Shown here piece after piece: positions 1-10,147 of a stretch of DNA of 44,774 nucleotides. The stretch is from a virus. The notes below the pieces were generated by a model, which was not told the origin of the DNA, did not search any database, and saw only the letters and a list, made by a program, of their open reading frames with translations. A program made the position numbers and the translations under genes. The stretch is from the IMG/VR virus record IMGVR_UViG_3300022542_000190, positions 1 through 44,774 of that record. One strand, written 5' to 3'. Position 1 is the stretch's first letter; each line of letters starts with the position of its first letter.

Positions 1-141
1 AACTACTGCTATTGATAAAGCTGTATCTGAATCTACTTCTGTAATGAATGAATCTACAGCAGTTAAAGAAATGCAAGCTGCTCTACCATTCACTTCAGAT
101 AAAAATATAGCTCCTGTTGCTGAAGCAGCATTGAAACAAAT
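1..141. repeat. Exact 141-bp terminal duplication (1-141 = 44634-44774), a circular-closure overlap
   Basis: Base-by-base comparison of both window ends. The duplication cuts through an open reading frame. Confidence 0.95.
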
Positions 142-349
142 AATGTCTAACGGTGCATCAGTTCAAGAAGCTGTTAAACAAGTTTCTGCGTTTTTCCAAT
201 CTACGGCAGATGCAGTTTCAGGCGGCAATAATAATTCAGCTAATCCTACTGGTGGAAGTTTTAATCCAAACAGTAACGTAAACAATAACAGTAGCAATAA
301 TAACAATTCAAACCAAGAAGATACTTGGATGGATTTCTTAACTCAGTAA
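1..349 (+). CDS. C-terminal part of the N/Q-rich putative scaffolding protein (continuation of 44176..44633 across the junction; full length about 268 aa)
   Basis: Position 2 is in frame with ATG 44176. The gene lies between portal/lysis genes and the capsid gene. Contains low-complexity N/S/Q tracts. Confidence 0.5.
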   Translation, partial: TTAIDKAVSESTSVMNESTAVKEMQAALPFTSDKNIAPVAEAALKQIMSNGASVQEAVKQVSAFFQSTADAVSGGNNNSANPTGGSFNPNSNVNNNSSNNNNSNQEDTWMDFLTQ

Positions 350-397
350 GACCGACAAAAACATTTTACTTTTTAAATAAAAACGAGGAATATAAAT

Positions 398-1558
398 ATG
401 GCTGTTAAAGGTGTTTTTGCTTCTGACCAAAACATTGCTGGTACAGAAAAAGGAAGTTTTGCAAGTGCAATACTACAACTATATCCAACGGGTACGTCTC
501 CTTTATTGGGCTTATCTTCTGGTATGCAATCTTCAGATGAATCTTCTACTATCATTACTTGGTTTGAAGAAAATCATTTGAACGGTTATCTTACAACTGT
601 CAACAACATTGGCACAGGTACTAACTTAGATTTAGGTTCTGATATCAGTCAAATCGTAGCTGGTGCAGTTATCTTGAATCAGTCTTCTGGCGAATATATG
701 CTAGTTGAATCTGTTTCTGGTAACGTAGCAACTGTTAAACGTGGTTTAGGTGGTTCTTCAGTTACTACTTTCACAACTGGACAGAAACTACAGCGTATTT
801 CAGCGGCACACGAAGAAGGTAGTTCGCGTCCAAATGCAATTGCTAATATTGGTTATCCGCGTTTCAATTACATGCATATCTTCCGTAATTCTTGGTCAGC
901 AACTGCTACGGCAAAAGCTGTTCAATATCATACAGGCGATGTTGTTGCGAAAAATCGTGCTGATGCTGGAATGTTCCATGCAGAAGATATTGAACGTGCG
1001 CTTTTATGGTCTAAGCAATCTGTCGGTGTAATGAACAATCAACCATTCCGTACTATGGATGGTATTGTCAATCAAATTACTACCAATGTATCGTCTCAAA
1101 CTACTAACACAACGTGGGAAGATATCAATACTTTCTTACAAACTATCTTTGAACGTAATATCAAAGGTAAGCCTAACGAACGTATTGCTTTCTGTGGTAA
1201 CACTGTGTTATCTGTACTTAATGAAATTTCTAAATTAGATTCCCAGATTAACATAGTTCCTGGTGAAACTGAATTTGGTTTAAAAATCAATAAATGGTTA
1301 ACTCCGTTTGGCGACATTTCATTAATGACACATCCATTGATGAATGAAAATCCAGTTTGGACTAAGGAAATGTATGTACTACATCCAGGTGCTATTAAGA
1401 TGAAATATCTTCGTCGTACTAACCATGATGCTGATGATAAAAATGGTTCACGTCAAGGTGTTGATGCGGATAGCGGTGTTTATACTACTGAATGTTCTGT
1501 TGAATATGGTGCAGAATTAACTGGTGGTATTTATACAGGTATTGATACTGCGGCTTAA
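398..1558 (+). CDS. Major capsid protein (putative)
   Basis: 386 aa with a GAGGA RBS. Sits directly after the scaffold-like gene in portal-scaffold-capsid order. Size fits an HK97-fold capsid protein, but no motif-level proof. Confidence 0.7.
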   Translation: MAVKGVFASDQNIAGTEKGSFASAILQLYPTGTSPLLGLSSGMQSSDESSTIITWFEENHLNGYLTTVNNIGTGTNLDLGSDISQIVAGAVILNQSSGEYMLVESVSGNVATVKRGLGGSSVTTFTTGQKLQRISAAHEEGSSRPNAIANIGYPRFNYMHIFRNSWSATATAKAVQYHTGDVVAKNRADAGMFHAEDIERALLWSKQSVGVMNNQPFRTMDGIVNQITTNVSSQTTNTTWEDINTFLQTIFERNIKGKPNERIAFCGNTVLSVLNEISKLDSQINIVPGETEFGLKINKWLTPFGDISLMTHPLMNENPVWTKEMYVLHPGAIKMKYLRRTNHDADDKNGSRQGVDADSGVYTTECSVEYGAELTGGIYTGIDTAA

Positions 1559-1610
1559 TTGCCGTAGTTCTACCCTCTTTATTTAATAATTTAATTCGGA
1601 GATATATAAC

Positions 1611-1859
1611 ATGGGTACATTAACAGTAGCACCTTTCGGAACTTACACAGGCGCACAGATTTGTTCTGCGGCAGGCCAGACAGAAATCATTGCTAATTTA
1701 AATTCTTTTTTAGCCTTGTTTACTGAAGGTAATGTCAATGATGATGGGTCTTCTAATGCACATCCTGATTTCGACAAGATTCCGCCTGAATCAGGTGCAA
1801 AATTAAAAGCTGAAATTGATGCTTTAATAGTAATTGTTGAAGCTATGCCTACTGCTTAA
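1611..1859 (+). CDS. Hypothetical protein, head module (82 aa)
   Basis: ORF with a GGAG RBS directly after the capsid gene. Function unknown. Confidence 0.5.
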   Translation: MGTLTVAPFGTYTGAQICSAAGQTEIIANLNSFLALFTEGNVNDDGSSNAHPDFDKIPPESGAKLKAEIDALIVIVEAMPTA

Positions 1860-1911
1860 TACGTAGCTTCTTTAATTTTATTTTTAACACTATAATATAA
1901 GGAATAACATC

Positions 1912-2397
1912 ATGGCAGATTCATTTGAAGCAATTTATGCTTGTGAAAAATATGCTGGGTTTAATTTTCGTTTAGGTAAAACTCGGCATGTATTTGAAAA
2001 GCATCAACTAGTAATTACGGACAAAGACCTCGCAGCAGAATTAGATGATTTTTTATCTAGTAATCCTGCATTTGCAATGAAAGTTAAGAAAGTTGATTTA
2101 GCTGCGGCAGAAGCATTAGTTGAAAATCACAAAGCTACACACGGTGGTGCTCATTCAGGGCCTTTCTCTTCTTCAGCAATGGCGCAAATGGAAACTGATA
2201 AACTGGAAGGTCGAGATAAACAGTTTGCTCAAATGTCGCCAGAAGCTAAAGCTAAAGTTACAGATGCCTTGGCTGCTGATTCAGATTTAATTGTAACTGA
2301 AAAAGTAGACAAACCTGTTGTTGCAGCTGCTTCTCCTGCTTTAACTGAAACAGCTACAAAGCCTGTTTCAATTTTAAATCAAGCTAAAGTAAGCTAA
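1912..2397 (+). CDS. Hypothetical structural-module protein (161 aa)
   Basis: ORF with an AAGGA RBS in the structural gene run. Confidence 0.5.
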   Translation: MADSFEAIYACEKYAGFNFRLGKTRHVFEKHQLVITDKDLAAELDDFLSSNPAFAMKVKKVDLAAAEALVENHKATHGGAHSGPFSSSAMAQMETDKLEGRDKQFAQMSPEAKAKVTDALAADSDLIVTEKVDKPVVAAASPALTETATKPVSILNQAKVS

Positions 2398-2398
2398 A

Positions 2399-3073
2399 AT
2401 GACTGAAATAAACACATTCTCAGCCGCTGTTGATGATGCTGTTGCTAGGTCAGGTCGGCCTGATAGAATCGCAGATATAATCTCTTTTGTTCGTGTTACT
2501 ATTCGTGAACTTCAAGTACTGCGATTCTTTCGGAATGATTTAACTGAAGACACTCTAACTGCTGACGTTGCGAATTATATATGGAATTATCCACAAGAAT
2601 TTCGTGTATTAAGAACTGTACGTTATCCACGTTTTGATGCACAAGGTAGATATATTTATCCGCCTGAATTACTTCCAGGAAAAAAACAAAAAGATTATAC
2701 CGATTATTATTACGGAGGTCCTGGATATTATGTTTTCGCCGGAACTTCTTTAGCTGACTCAATCGCAGTAGCTTATTATTCTTATGTTAAAAAATTAGCT
2801 TATTATGCTGAAGCTGCTAGACCAGCTACTTTTAGTTTAGAAGATGATGCGTGGTCTTATTTATCTAACGGAACTTCAGATGAACAAACAGCTGCACAAA
2901 TTAAAGTATCAAATTGGTTATTATTTAATTATTATGATACAGTAGTTGAAGGTGCAATGGCTAAACTATTAAAAACTGTAGGTGACCCGCGCGCTGTATC
3001 TTCTTTTGCTTTATATAAATCTTATCAGCAATCTTTAATAGCTGGTGAACCTTCTGATTCTTTAAATAAATAG
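2399..3073 (+). CDS. Hypothetical virion protein (224 aa), possible adaptor or tail-tubular protein by position only
   Basis: Tightly coupled to the previous gene (1-nt gap). Y-rich sequence with no recognisable motif. Confidence 0.45.
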   Translation: MTEINTFSAAVDDAVARSGRPDRIADIISFVRVTIRELQVLRFFRNDLTEDTLTADVANYIWNYPQEFRVLRTVRYPRFDAQGRYIYPPELLPGKKQKDYTDYYYGGPGYYVFAGTSLADSIAVAYYSYVKKLAYYAEAARPATFSLEDDAWSYLSNGTSDEQTAAQIKVSNWLLFNYYDTVVEGAMAKLLKTVGDPRAVSSFALYKSYQQSLIAGEPSDSLNK

Positions 3074-3083
3074 GAGGTTTATT

Positions 3084-3488
3084 ATGACTATGGGTTACTC
3101 TACAGCAATTAGAAATGCTGGATTAAATGAGATTATTACACAAATAGATAAAGGAGGTAGCTCAGGTCATTTGCATTTTTATGCTGGTGCGCAACCTGCT
3201 ACCGGAGGCCCTGACACACTTATGTTAGCTGAATTAGTTATGTCTGCTGTTAGTTTTGCTGCTGCTTCTGGTGGAGAAATAGTAGCTAATGCTATTGCAC
3301 CTACTACAGCCTTAGCTACTGGAACAGCTACTTGGTTTCGTATCGATGATTCTGCTGAAAATTTTGCAATAGATGGTACTGTAGGTTTAGCTGGTTCTGG
3401 AGCTGATTTAATTTTAGATAATGTAGATTTTGTTTTAGGTGCAACTGTCACACAAGATTCTTTAACAATTGTAGCAGGTAATCCTTAG
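3084..3488 (+). CDS. Conserved small phage virion-module protein (134 aa), function unknown
   Basis: AGGAGG RBS. The A/G-rich sequence with ...ATGTATWFRIDDS... and ...GSGADLILDN... recalls a small protein family common in phage structural modules. This is a recollection and was not searched. Confidence 0.5.
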   Translation: MTMGYSTAIRNAGLNEIITQIDKGGSSGHLHFYAGAQPATGGPDTLMLAELVMSAVSFAAASGGEIVANAIAPTTALATGTATWFRIDDSAENFAIDGTVGLAGSGADLILDNVDFVLGATVTQDSLTIVAGNP

Positions 3489-3676
3489 TGGCTATTTTAG
3501 TAGAACAAGATGATTCTATGTCTGCATCAGGTTCTGTTGAAGAACTCTATTTAATAGATATCAAAAATTTAAACTTAACTATTCCTAAAGCTGATGAAGA
3601 CCCTGCAGAACAGCAAAGAATTTTAATAGAAAATACAGCTTTAATTCAACAAGCTTTAATCAATTTAGGTCAATGA
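3488..3676 (+). CDS. Hypothetical protein (62 aa, GTG start overlapping the upstream stop)
   Basis: TAGTG overlap suggests translational coupling. Confidence 0.4.
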   Translation: MAILVEQDDSMSASGSVEELYLIDIKNLNLTIPKADEDPAEQQRILIENTALIQQALINLGQ

Positions 3677-3686
3677 GGATTTTATC

Positions 3687-3974
3687 ATGTCATTAAAAAC
3701 TTTAATTGTATCACAGACAGCCGGAGATACTAGCGAGTCGTTTTATGTATCTAAAAATGCACCTGCAAGCATACACTGTACACCAGATTTAGTTAGTGCT
3801 GAAACTGTTACCATGGAAATATCTACAGATAATGAAACATTTGTAACGTATCAAGATGGTGCTGCAGTACGCTTAACAGCTTCAATTAATGCGTTACGTT
3901 TACAGGGTCCTGCATTTTATCGTGTAGTTAAAACTGCAACGGTTTCAGCAACTGCGGTGCAAAAACTGGATTAA
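3687..3974 (+). CDS. Hypothetical protein (95 aa)
   Basis: GAGGA RBS within the structural run. Confidence 0.5.
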   Translation: MSLKTLIVSQTAGDTSESFYVSKNAPASIHCTPDLVSAETVTMEISTDNETFVTYQDGAAVRLTASINALRLQGPAFYRVVKTATVSATAVQKLD

Positions 3975-4001
3975 ATTTTTAATTAATTTTAGAGGTGAGA
4001 C

Positions 4002-5852
4002 ATGTCTACCCCGATAGCATCATGGGCATATACAGATCAATATCCAGTTGGGTATGATTTTGATAATGATACATTAATTGCTGACGTTAATATTGCGATT
4101 GCTGCCTTTGAAAACTTTGAAGGTATTAATTGGGTTCAGTTTGAATTTACTGCGGCTGCTCCTGTTAATTTAACTGATCCAAAAGTCACTAATCCTAGCG
4201 GCAACAATTATCGTGTTTCTTCTCCTTCATGGATAGATGCGCTAGGTGAAGGCAATTTCGGACAGTTTTGGAATCTTCCTTTAGACTTATTAATTGCATC
4301 CCATGACGATACTTACACTGTTTCAGAGATAAGAATCCAAACAGGCGATTTAGTTGAGCATACCTTAATTCTTGATGGGCAAATGAACGCTCGAACTATT
4401 CATATCTGGCGCACCCCTACGATTAAATACTTAGATGCTACATTAGCAACAGGCGCAAACGATGGGACTAGCTGGGCAGATGCTTGGCAAAACCATGCAG
4501 CGGCAGTAACAGGTTCAACAGGCTCAGATATTATTAAATGTCGCGGAACAATGAATGTGACAGGCTCTAATTATATTATAGGTAAAATCAGATCTTCTGG
4601 ATGGTTAATGTGGCTCGATGATGATGGGACTTCAAATTTCATTCACACTGGTGGCAATTTAAAGTTTGCTGATTTTAATGGGTTACGAGGGATTGATATT
4701 TCAATGCCGGCAGGTTTTACTATGCGGGTATCTGTAGCAGATCATGTTAGCTGTAGAAATATGACTATTTCATGGCCTGGCTGGAATTCTGCTAGTTCAT
4801 GGTCTTTAGCATGGGCTACACATTTTGAATTTGTCAACTTCAATCAAGAGAAAGGGTTCAGAGGATTTGCATGGTCTAATGCATATGATGTTATCGTTGA
4901 TGGTGGCACTCTTAACAACTCTGGAACGTGCATGTCAGGGCATTTTAGTAAGACATTAATTAATAAGCGTAACGCTACGAACTGTGCATTAAGTGATAAT
5001 TACGTAAGCGGCACTCATTTTGATTTCTTCCACCCCATTGTATCCGGTACAGCAAACTCAACAGACGATCTGATTATAATGGGTTGTAGCGCATATAATA
5101 ACGGTGGCGGTGTTGATAACAACGCGTATAATTTCTTGTTAATGGTTGATGGTTTCTCTAATGTTGCTGTGATGAATAACTCAACCTATAATCTTATGGG
5201 TTTACAACAAGTACTTCAAATTGCTCAAGGTAATGCCCTATTACCATTTAAGAATTTCCAAGGATTCAATAACACACTTTTAGCACTAGATACCATTGCT
5301 GAAGGTGATGAACGAGGATTTAATGTATCGGGTCAGGGTGGAAGTCAATTAGGTGGGTACGGCTTTGGTGATTTATACTTTGCTAATAATGTTACTAACA
5401 CACTTCTTAGTACAGCAGGAATACCTTCGGATGGTGTGCCAGAAGCTCCATTAGCAGATATACCAACACACTTCACTACTGTAATTTTAGGGGCTAATTT
5501 CTATAGTGATCAAGATGAAACTATTCCCGGACTTCATTCATTGAATGGGTCAGTATTCCCCGGTGACGGCGGTAATGATGATTTTGATTTATCTAATTTA
5601 TCAGCATTACCTCCTAATTTAACGCCAAACAGCACGTCAGGTATAATACCTTCTAACGGAGATATAACACCATTAGCCACAGAGGCATATTTTGATGCTG
5701 ATGGTAATGTTTTAAGTCGAGATGGAACTGATGCGGTTGGTGCTTTTCAGTATGTTGAAGGGGCTGTACCTGAAGATACGGGGCGTGCTGGACTTATAAC
5801 TGGATTTACAAGTACTTTAGTGTCAAATTTAACAACGAGGTTAATACAATAA
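4002..5852 (+). CDS. Tailspike or tail fibre with a putative right-handed beta-helix (pectate-lyase-like) domain
   Basis: 616 aa. The segment LATGANDGTSWADAWQN...GSDIIKCRGT resembles the N-terminal cap of beta-helix tailspikes and depolymerases. The body is rich in N/G/S/T repeats. Confidence 0.55.
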   Translation: MSTPIASWAYTDQYPVGYDFDNDTLIADVNIAIAAFENFEGINWVQFEFTAAAPVNLTDPKVTNPSGNNYRVSSPSWIDALGEGNFGQFWNLPLDLLIASHDDTYTVSEIRIQTGDLVEHTLILDGQMNARTIHIWRTPTIKYLDATLATGANDGTSWADAWQNHAAAVTGSTGSDIIKCRGTMNVTGSNYIIGKIRSSGWLMWLDDDGTSNFIHTGGNLKFADFNGLRGIDISMPAGFTMRVSVADHVSCRNMTISWPGWNSASSWSLAWATHFEFVNFNQEKGFRGFAWSNAYDVIVDGGTLNNSGTCMSGHFSKTLINKRNATNCALSDNYVSGTHFDFFHPIVSGTANSTDDLIIMGCSAYNNGGGVDNNAYNFLLMVDGFSNVAVMNNSTYNLMGLQQVLQIAQGNALLPFKNFQGFNNTLLALDTIAEGDERGFNVSGQGGSQLGGYGFGDLYFANNVTNTLLSTAGIPSDGVPEAPLADIPTHFTTVILGANFYSDQDETIPGLHSLNGSVFPGDGGNDDFDLSNLSALPPNLTPNSTSGIIPSNGDITPLATEAYFDADGNVLSRDGTDAVGAFQYVEGAVPEDTGRAGLITGFTSTLVSNLTTRLIQ

Positions 5853-5977
5853 TGAGCAATCAAATGAAATCTGAACAGCTAGGAACTGGTCTAATGTCTA
5901 AAGCTGCAAAGGCATTAGAAGAACGTAAAAAACGTCAACAAGCGATGAATAAACGTTTCGGAATTTCTTCTCCGTAA
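5852..5977 (+). CDS. Small basic ORF (41 aa: MSNQMKSEQLGTGLMSKAAKALEERKKRQQAMNKRFGISSP), absent from the ORF track
   Basis: TAATG overlap with the tailspike stop. It fills an otherwise empty 157-bp gap. Confidence 0.35.
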   Translation: MSNQMKSEQLGTGLMSKAAKALEERKKRQQAMNKRFGISSP

Positions 5978-6009
5978 AAATCTAACACAAATAACTAAGG
6001 GTTTATAAA

Positions 6010-6438
6010 ATGATAACTACAGCAGGTGAAGAAGCACTACTAGAAGCAATGTTTCAAGGTGTGGATACTAATTTTGTAGCTGCAGGAGCTAATCTGTATT
6101 TAGGTTTATGTAATCAAACGCCTGACAAAGCCGATACAATGTTGGATATTTCATCAGAACCTTCCGTCGCAAATGGATATGCTCGAAAAGCAATTTCGCG
6201 TGATGTTACTGGATTCCCTACTATCGAACAAGTCAACGGTGAATCTCGTATTGTGTCGCTAGTATTAACCTTCACAGCTTCTGGTGGCGATTTTTCATCT
6301 TCTTTTACAAGAGCTTTTTTATGTACCTCAGCTTCAGGTACTACGGGTACTTTAATAGCTTATTCAGGAGCTTATGGCACTCCTATTCTGTTAGCAGATG
6401 GTCAATCTCAACAAATTAAATTTGAGTTCTATCCATGA
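6010..6438 (+). CDS. Tail-associated protein (142 aa), weakly tail-collar-fibre-like at the N-terminus
   Basis: The N-terminus ITTAGEEALLEAM...YLGLCN resembles tail-collar fibre N-domains. ATGA overlap with the next gene. Confidence 0.4.
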   Translation: MITTAGEEALLEAMFQGVDTNFVAAGANLYLGLCNQTPDKADTMLDISSEPSVANGYARKAISRDVTGFPTIEQVNGESRIVSLVLTFTASGGDFSSSFTRAFLCTSASGTTGTLIAYSGAYGTPILLADGQSQQIKFEFYP

Positions 6439-8318
6439 CACAGAGATTCTATCCACGTATCAAGGGTTTAATCCCTCTAATTGACAGAAAACAATCGGCT
6501 GAACCTTTTGTTGTGTCTGGAAAAAACTTTGTTGTTACAGCGCAGGGTTTACTTAGTGGATTAGGGCGCGAAATTGTATCTTATAAAGGTATTGAAGATG
6601 CTGTTAATGTGCAATTTTTTGAAGTATCTGAAACTATAGAATCTTTTATCACAACAGATGAAGGAATTTTTAGACTAGATACGGAAACTAGCAAATTAAT
6701 TCCTTTGTATATATTCTCTTTCAGATTAGATTCTCAATACCCTTTCACGTTGGCTGCTGTAGGTAATAAATACTACTTCGCACGTGAAGGGTATCCTATG
6801 ATTCAGTACACTATTGGTACGAATTCATGGAAAGAATTAGTTGGCGGGTCTATTCCGGCAAACATCTATGCGTGTATAGAATCTGAAGGTAGATTAGTTG
6901 TATTAACAAATATATGGATTGCATGGTCAGCTATAGGTGAAGGAGAAGATTTTGTAGCTTCTCAGTTTACTGGTGCAGGTGCGCAAGCTATTACCAAAAT
7001 TGGTTTTGCAAATTCTACTCCAATTGGTTTGCGAAAAACGCCTGAAGGTTATCTAGCTTTTCTATCTTCTGGTATTATCAGGGGGCAGGCAGTTCAATCT
7101 TTAGTACCTTACAGACATACTATTTTATCACGTGACCATGTTCCATTAAATCCATTTTGTCTATCTTCAACTATTGACCAGTCTATTATTATATTAACCA
7201 CAGCTGGTTTGTTTAGAACACAAGGGCAGATTCCAGAATTGTGGCAACCAATTATGGGGCAGTATTTAAAAGAAAATATAATCCCTAAATTGGATTTAAT
7301 AACCAACCAGAATAATCCTCAATTGTTTTTTGACTTTGATAATTCATGGTTTGTTATAGCAGTATCGGAGAATCAAACTCCCTATGTGTTTACAAAAGCT
7401 TATATTTTAAATATCCCAGTAGATGAATGGGGTTCTTTAGATACTAACTTTGTAACTTTAGTTAATGTTAAGATTTTACCACTGAAATTTATTGGTTTTT
7501 CATACGGTTTAGTAGATGTGCAAGGCTCTATTTCTATTATTAATAATGCTAGAGGTGTAGAAACTATACCTACGTTAACTAACGGATTATATTATAATAG
7601 ATTAGTTGAAGAATTCGAAGGTATTATTAATGGTGATGTTTTGAGATTTGCTGGCGAATTCAACTGGCGAACTGTGCCTGTATCTTCAATGTCTACTACT
7701 GGTTTATATAATCGCTGGGGTGAAGGTGAACATTTCACTGACCCTGAAAATATAACAGCGATGGAAAAAGATACTGTACTAGATGGAGATATATTTGAAT
7801 TTAAAACTAATACTATTTTTAGTGCAGGAATTATCAATGTAACAACTACCGTGGAATCTAAACAATATGATTCTTTGAATTCTTTAATAACTTTTGGCCC
7901 TCTTAGATTAACAGACGAACAATCTCATGATATGTATTCGTATATTAACGGATTAATACTAGGCATGACAGCAGAAGCTGTAGGTGAAACATCCGAAGAT
8001 TGGAACAGTAACATCGAATATCCTGCTGAAATTTCAGAAGATTGGTTATTACTAGATGGAGAAGAAGATTGGGGAGACGACCCTGTAGGTAGTGCGCAGT
8101 TTAATATAACTATTGTACCTACAATTGATGCTTATACGCCTTTTGAGAATGACAATTCTACAATAGAATTAGTTAAGTATGAAGGCAGTAGTTTAGTTTA
8201 TAGTTGCTATGCTAATGGTATCTATCATTTAATAACTATTGATGCAACCAGCGAAGATGATAATTTCTATCTAAAAACTGTTGATGCAAATATTAACTTA
8301 GGCGGACATATGTTATGA
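6435..8318 (+). CDS. Large tail or baseplate-like structural protein (627 aa)
   Basis: Size and position between fibre-like genes, coupled on both sides by ATGA overlaps. No motif recognised. Confidence 0.45.
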   Translation: MTQRFYPRIKGLIPLIDRKQSAEPFVVSGKNFVVTAQGLLSGLGREIVSYKGIEDAVNVQFFEVSETIESFITTDEGIFRLDTETSKLIPLYIFSFRLDSQYPFTLAAVGNKYYFAREGYPMIQYTIGTNSWKELVGGSIPANIYACIESEGRLVVLTNIWIAWSAIGEGEDFVASQFTGAGAQAITKIGFANSTPIGLRKTPEGYLAFLSSGIIRGQAVQSLVPYRHTILSRDHVPLNPFCLSSTIDQSIIILTTAGLFRTQGQIPELWQPIMGQYLKENIIPKLDLITNQNNPQLFFDFDNSWFVIAVSENQTPYVFTKAYILNIPVDEWGSLDTNFVTLVNVKILPLKFIGFSYGLVDVQGSISIINNARGVETIPTLTNGLYYNRLVEEFEGIINGDVLRFAGEFNWRTVPVSSMSTTGLYNRWGEGEHFTDPENITAMEKDTVLDGDIFEFKTNTIFSAGIINVTTTVESKQYDSLNSLITFGPLRLTDEQSHDMYSYINGLILGMTAEAVGETSEDWNSNIEYPAEISEDWLLLDGEEDWGDDPVGSAQFNITIVPTIDAYTPFENDNSTIELVKYEGSSLVYSCYANGIYHLITIDATSEDDNFYLKTVDANINLGGHML

Positions 8319-9175
8319 CAAAGAGAGTTCAGTTAGTACGACATGATAATGCTGGTTCTTCTACATTCCAAGGTAAGCTAGGCGAGATTACTGTTAATAC
8401 AGGTAATAAATCTTTACATGTTCATGACGGAATTAACGAAGGTGGTTCAGAATTAGCTCGTGCAGACTTAGTTAATGTAGCCGTAGCAACTGCTGCGAAT
8501 GTAGGTAAAATGTCAGCACAACAAGCTGCAGAGTTGGCACAAGCTTTGTTGGATATAGTAACTAATGCTGGAGATATTAGTACAAATGCAGCAGATATTG
8601 CAACTAATTTAGCTAATATCACAACAAACATAGCAAACATATTAGCTAATACAACCAAGTTAGCTACTATAGAAACCGGTGCACAAGTAACTAGTACTGC
8701 CCATGTAACTACTGCGGGTGCGTTGATGGATAGTGAAGTTGACGCAGATTTAAAAACCTTTTCTCTGCCTGCAAATACAACTATCAGTGCTTTTATTAAG
8801 ACATTGCTAGATGATACAACAGCTGCACTTGCACGAACTACTTTAGGTTTAGGTAGTTTAGCTATACTTAATCAAGTACCTAATAGTTCTATTGGAACTA
8901 CACAACTAGCATCAGGGGCAGTTCAAAGAGTTAAGTTACAGACTGCTATTGTATCTGCTTCTGGCGGTTTAAGCGGAGGTGCAAGTATAGAGATTTCTCT
9001 AGGAGCATATTCTTTTTACCCTCAACTTGCATCTACAGAGGCAGGCGGTTCTAGAATTGAGGCTATACTTTCTGTAACAAATACAAGTGCTGATACACCA
9101 AAAATAGTTTTATTAAACGCAGAAAAGTCACAATCAAGAAGTTATAACTTAGATTATCGTTACATAAACATTTAA
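8315..9175 (+). CDS. Tail fibre protein with an Mtd_N-like N-terminal domain
   Basis: VQLVRHDNAGSSTFQGKLGEITVNTGNKSLHVHDGINEGGSELA fits the Q-L-R-R...GE...D-G N-terminal tail-fibre motif. It is followed by TN(A/I)xxI heptad-like repeats. Confidence 0.55.
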   Translation: MTKRVQLVRHDNAGSSTFQGKLGEITVNTGNKSLHVHDGINEGGSELARADLVNVAVATAANVGKMSAQQAAELAQALLDIVTNAGDISTNAADIATNLANITTNIANILANTTKLATIETGAQVTSTAHVTTAGALMDSEVDADLKTFSLPANTTISAFIKTLLDDTTAALARTTLGLGSLAILNQVPNSSIGTTQLASGAVQRVKLQTAIVSASGGLSGGASIEISLGAYSFYPQLASTEAGGSRIEAILSVTNTSADTPKIVLLNAEKSQSRSYNLDYRYINI

Positions 9176-9187
9176 AGGGGTACACAT

Positions 9188-9517
9188 ATGAGACATTTTT
9201 GTAAATGTACTATCAATCAAAAAACTGGAGAGATAGAACATGTCGTGGTTAGTGATGCGCCGCTAGCTGCAGATTTACAACTTATACCAACGCAAAAACC
9301 AGACTTAGCTGCTATACCCCCTATTCCGCCAACAATTTTTAGAATTGAAGATATTGAATTTGAATCTGTAGATGGAACTTTTATGCATGGAGATAAAGTT
9401 CTAAATGCTATGAGAGTTTCAGGTGCTGACACTGCAGCTAGGAGGAATCCGAGTGCGAAGCCTGAACTTGTAACAGGAGCTGCAGCAGCTAACATAAAAA
9501 ATATGGTGAACGTATGA
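9188..9517 (+). CDS. Hypothetical protein (109 aa)
   Basis: AGGGG RBS and ATGA overlap with the next gene. Confidence 0.45.
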   Translation: MRHFCKCTINQKTGEIEHVVVSDAPLAADLQLIPTQKPDLAAIPPIPPTIFRIEDIEFESVDGTFMHGDKVLNAMRVSGADTAARRNPSAKPELVTGAAAANIKNMVNV

Positions 9518-9861
9518 ATGCTCCTGAGTTAAAAATAAGCGTTGTAAGCAATGTCTGGATTAAGCAAATGACATTTAAACAAGCTGGTGACTTTATGCAA
9601 GGACATACGCATAAATTTGACCACCAAACTCTGTTAGCTTTTGGCGATTTTGAAATAGTTTTAGATGGAGAAACGTATAAAGCTAGTTCAGGTACTATAC
9701 TATTTATAGAAAGTGGTAAAGTTCACAGTGTTAGAGCCTTGACTGCGGGGGCGTTAGCTTATTGTATACATCCTATTCGTGATGGTGAAAAAGTAGAAGA
9801 CATAGTAGACCCTAGCGACATGCCTATGTACAATGGTTCTATAAATAAAGGTTTTATTTAA
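9514..9861 (+). CDS. Cupin-fold protein
   Basis: Two cupin motifs are present: GHTHKFDHQTLLAFG and GTILFIESGKVHSVRA. Confidence 0.55.
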   Translation: MNAPELKISVVSNVWIKQMTFKQAGDFMQGHTHKFDHQTLLAFGDFEIVLDGETYKASSGTILFIESGKVHSVRALTAGALAYCIHPIRDGEKVEDIVDPSDMPMYNGSINKGFI

Positions 9862-9891
9862 TGAGTTCCATAAAAAACAATGGAGAATAAT

Positions 9892-10137
9892 ATGGCTGCA
9901 CCAGACCACAATGTTTGGGTTTTATTATTTGAACAGACACCTATTACTTTAAGATGGATTTTGGGAATATTAACTGGCGGCATATTTTGGTTGATACAGA
10001 AATTGTATTTAAACCATAAAGAACGTGTTAATAGATTAGAACTTTTAATCATTTCAAACAGTGCTACCACTAATAAAAATATAAAAGATGTACATTCAAA
10101 AATTGATAAATTAACTTTGTCGCTGTTACAAAAGTGA
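9892..10137 (+). CDS. Small membrane protein (81 aa, one TM helix)
   Basis: Start moved to ATG 9892, which has GGAG 6 nt upstream. Hydrophobic helix LRWILGILTGGIFWLI. Confidence 0.45.
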   Translation: MAAPDHNVWVLLFEQTPITLRWILGILTGGIFWLIQKLYLNHKERVNRLELLIISNSATTNKNIKDVHSKIDKLTLSLLQK

Positions 10138-10147
10138 GGATAAGATT

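Noticed and set aside
1-141. The 141-bp terminal repeat as a biological direct terminal repeat
   Set aside because: It falls in the middle of a CDS that reads through in frame. Its length equals a common assembler k-mer, so a circularisation artefact is more likely.
373-1317. Short ORFs 373..555(-), 750..1031(+) and 1096..1317(-)
   Set aside because: They are nested in or antisense to the major capsid gene, with no expression signals.
8315-9175. A diversity-generating retroelement targeting the Mtd_N-like fibre
   Set aside because: There is no reverse transcriptase anywhere in the genome, and I found no template/variable repeat pair.
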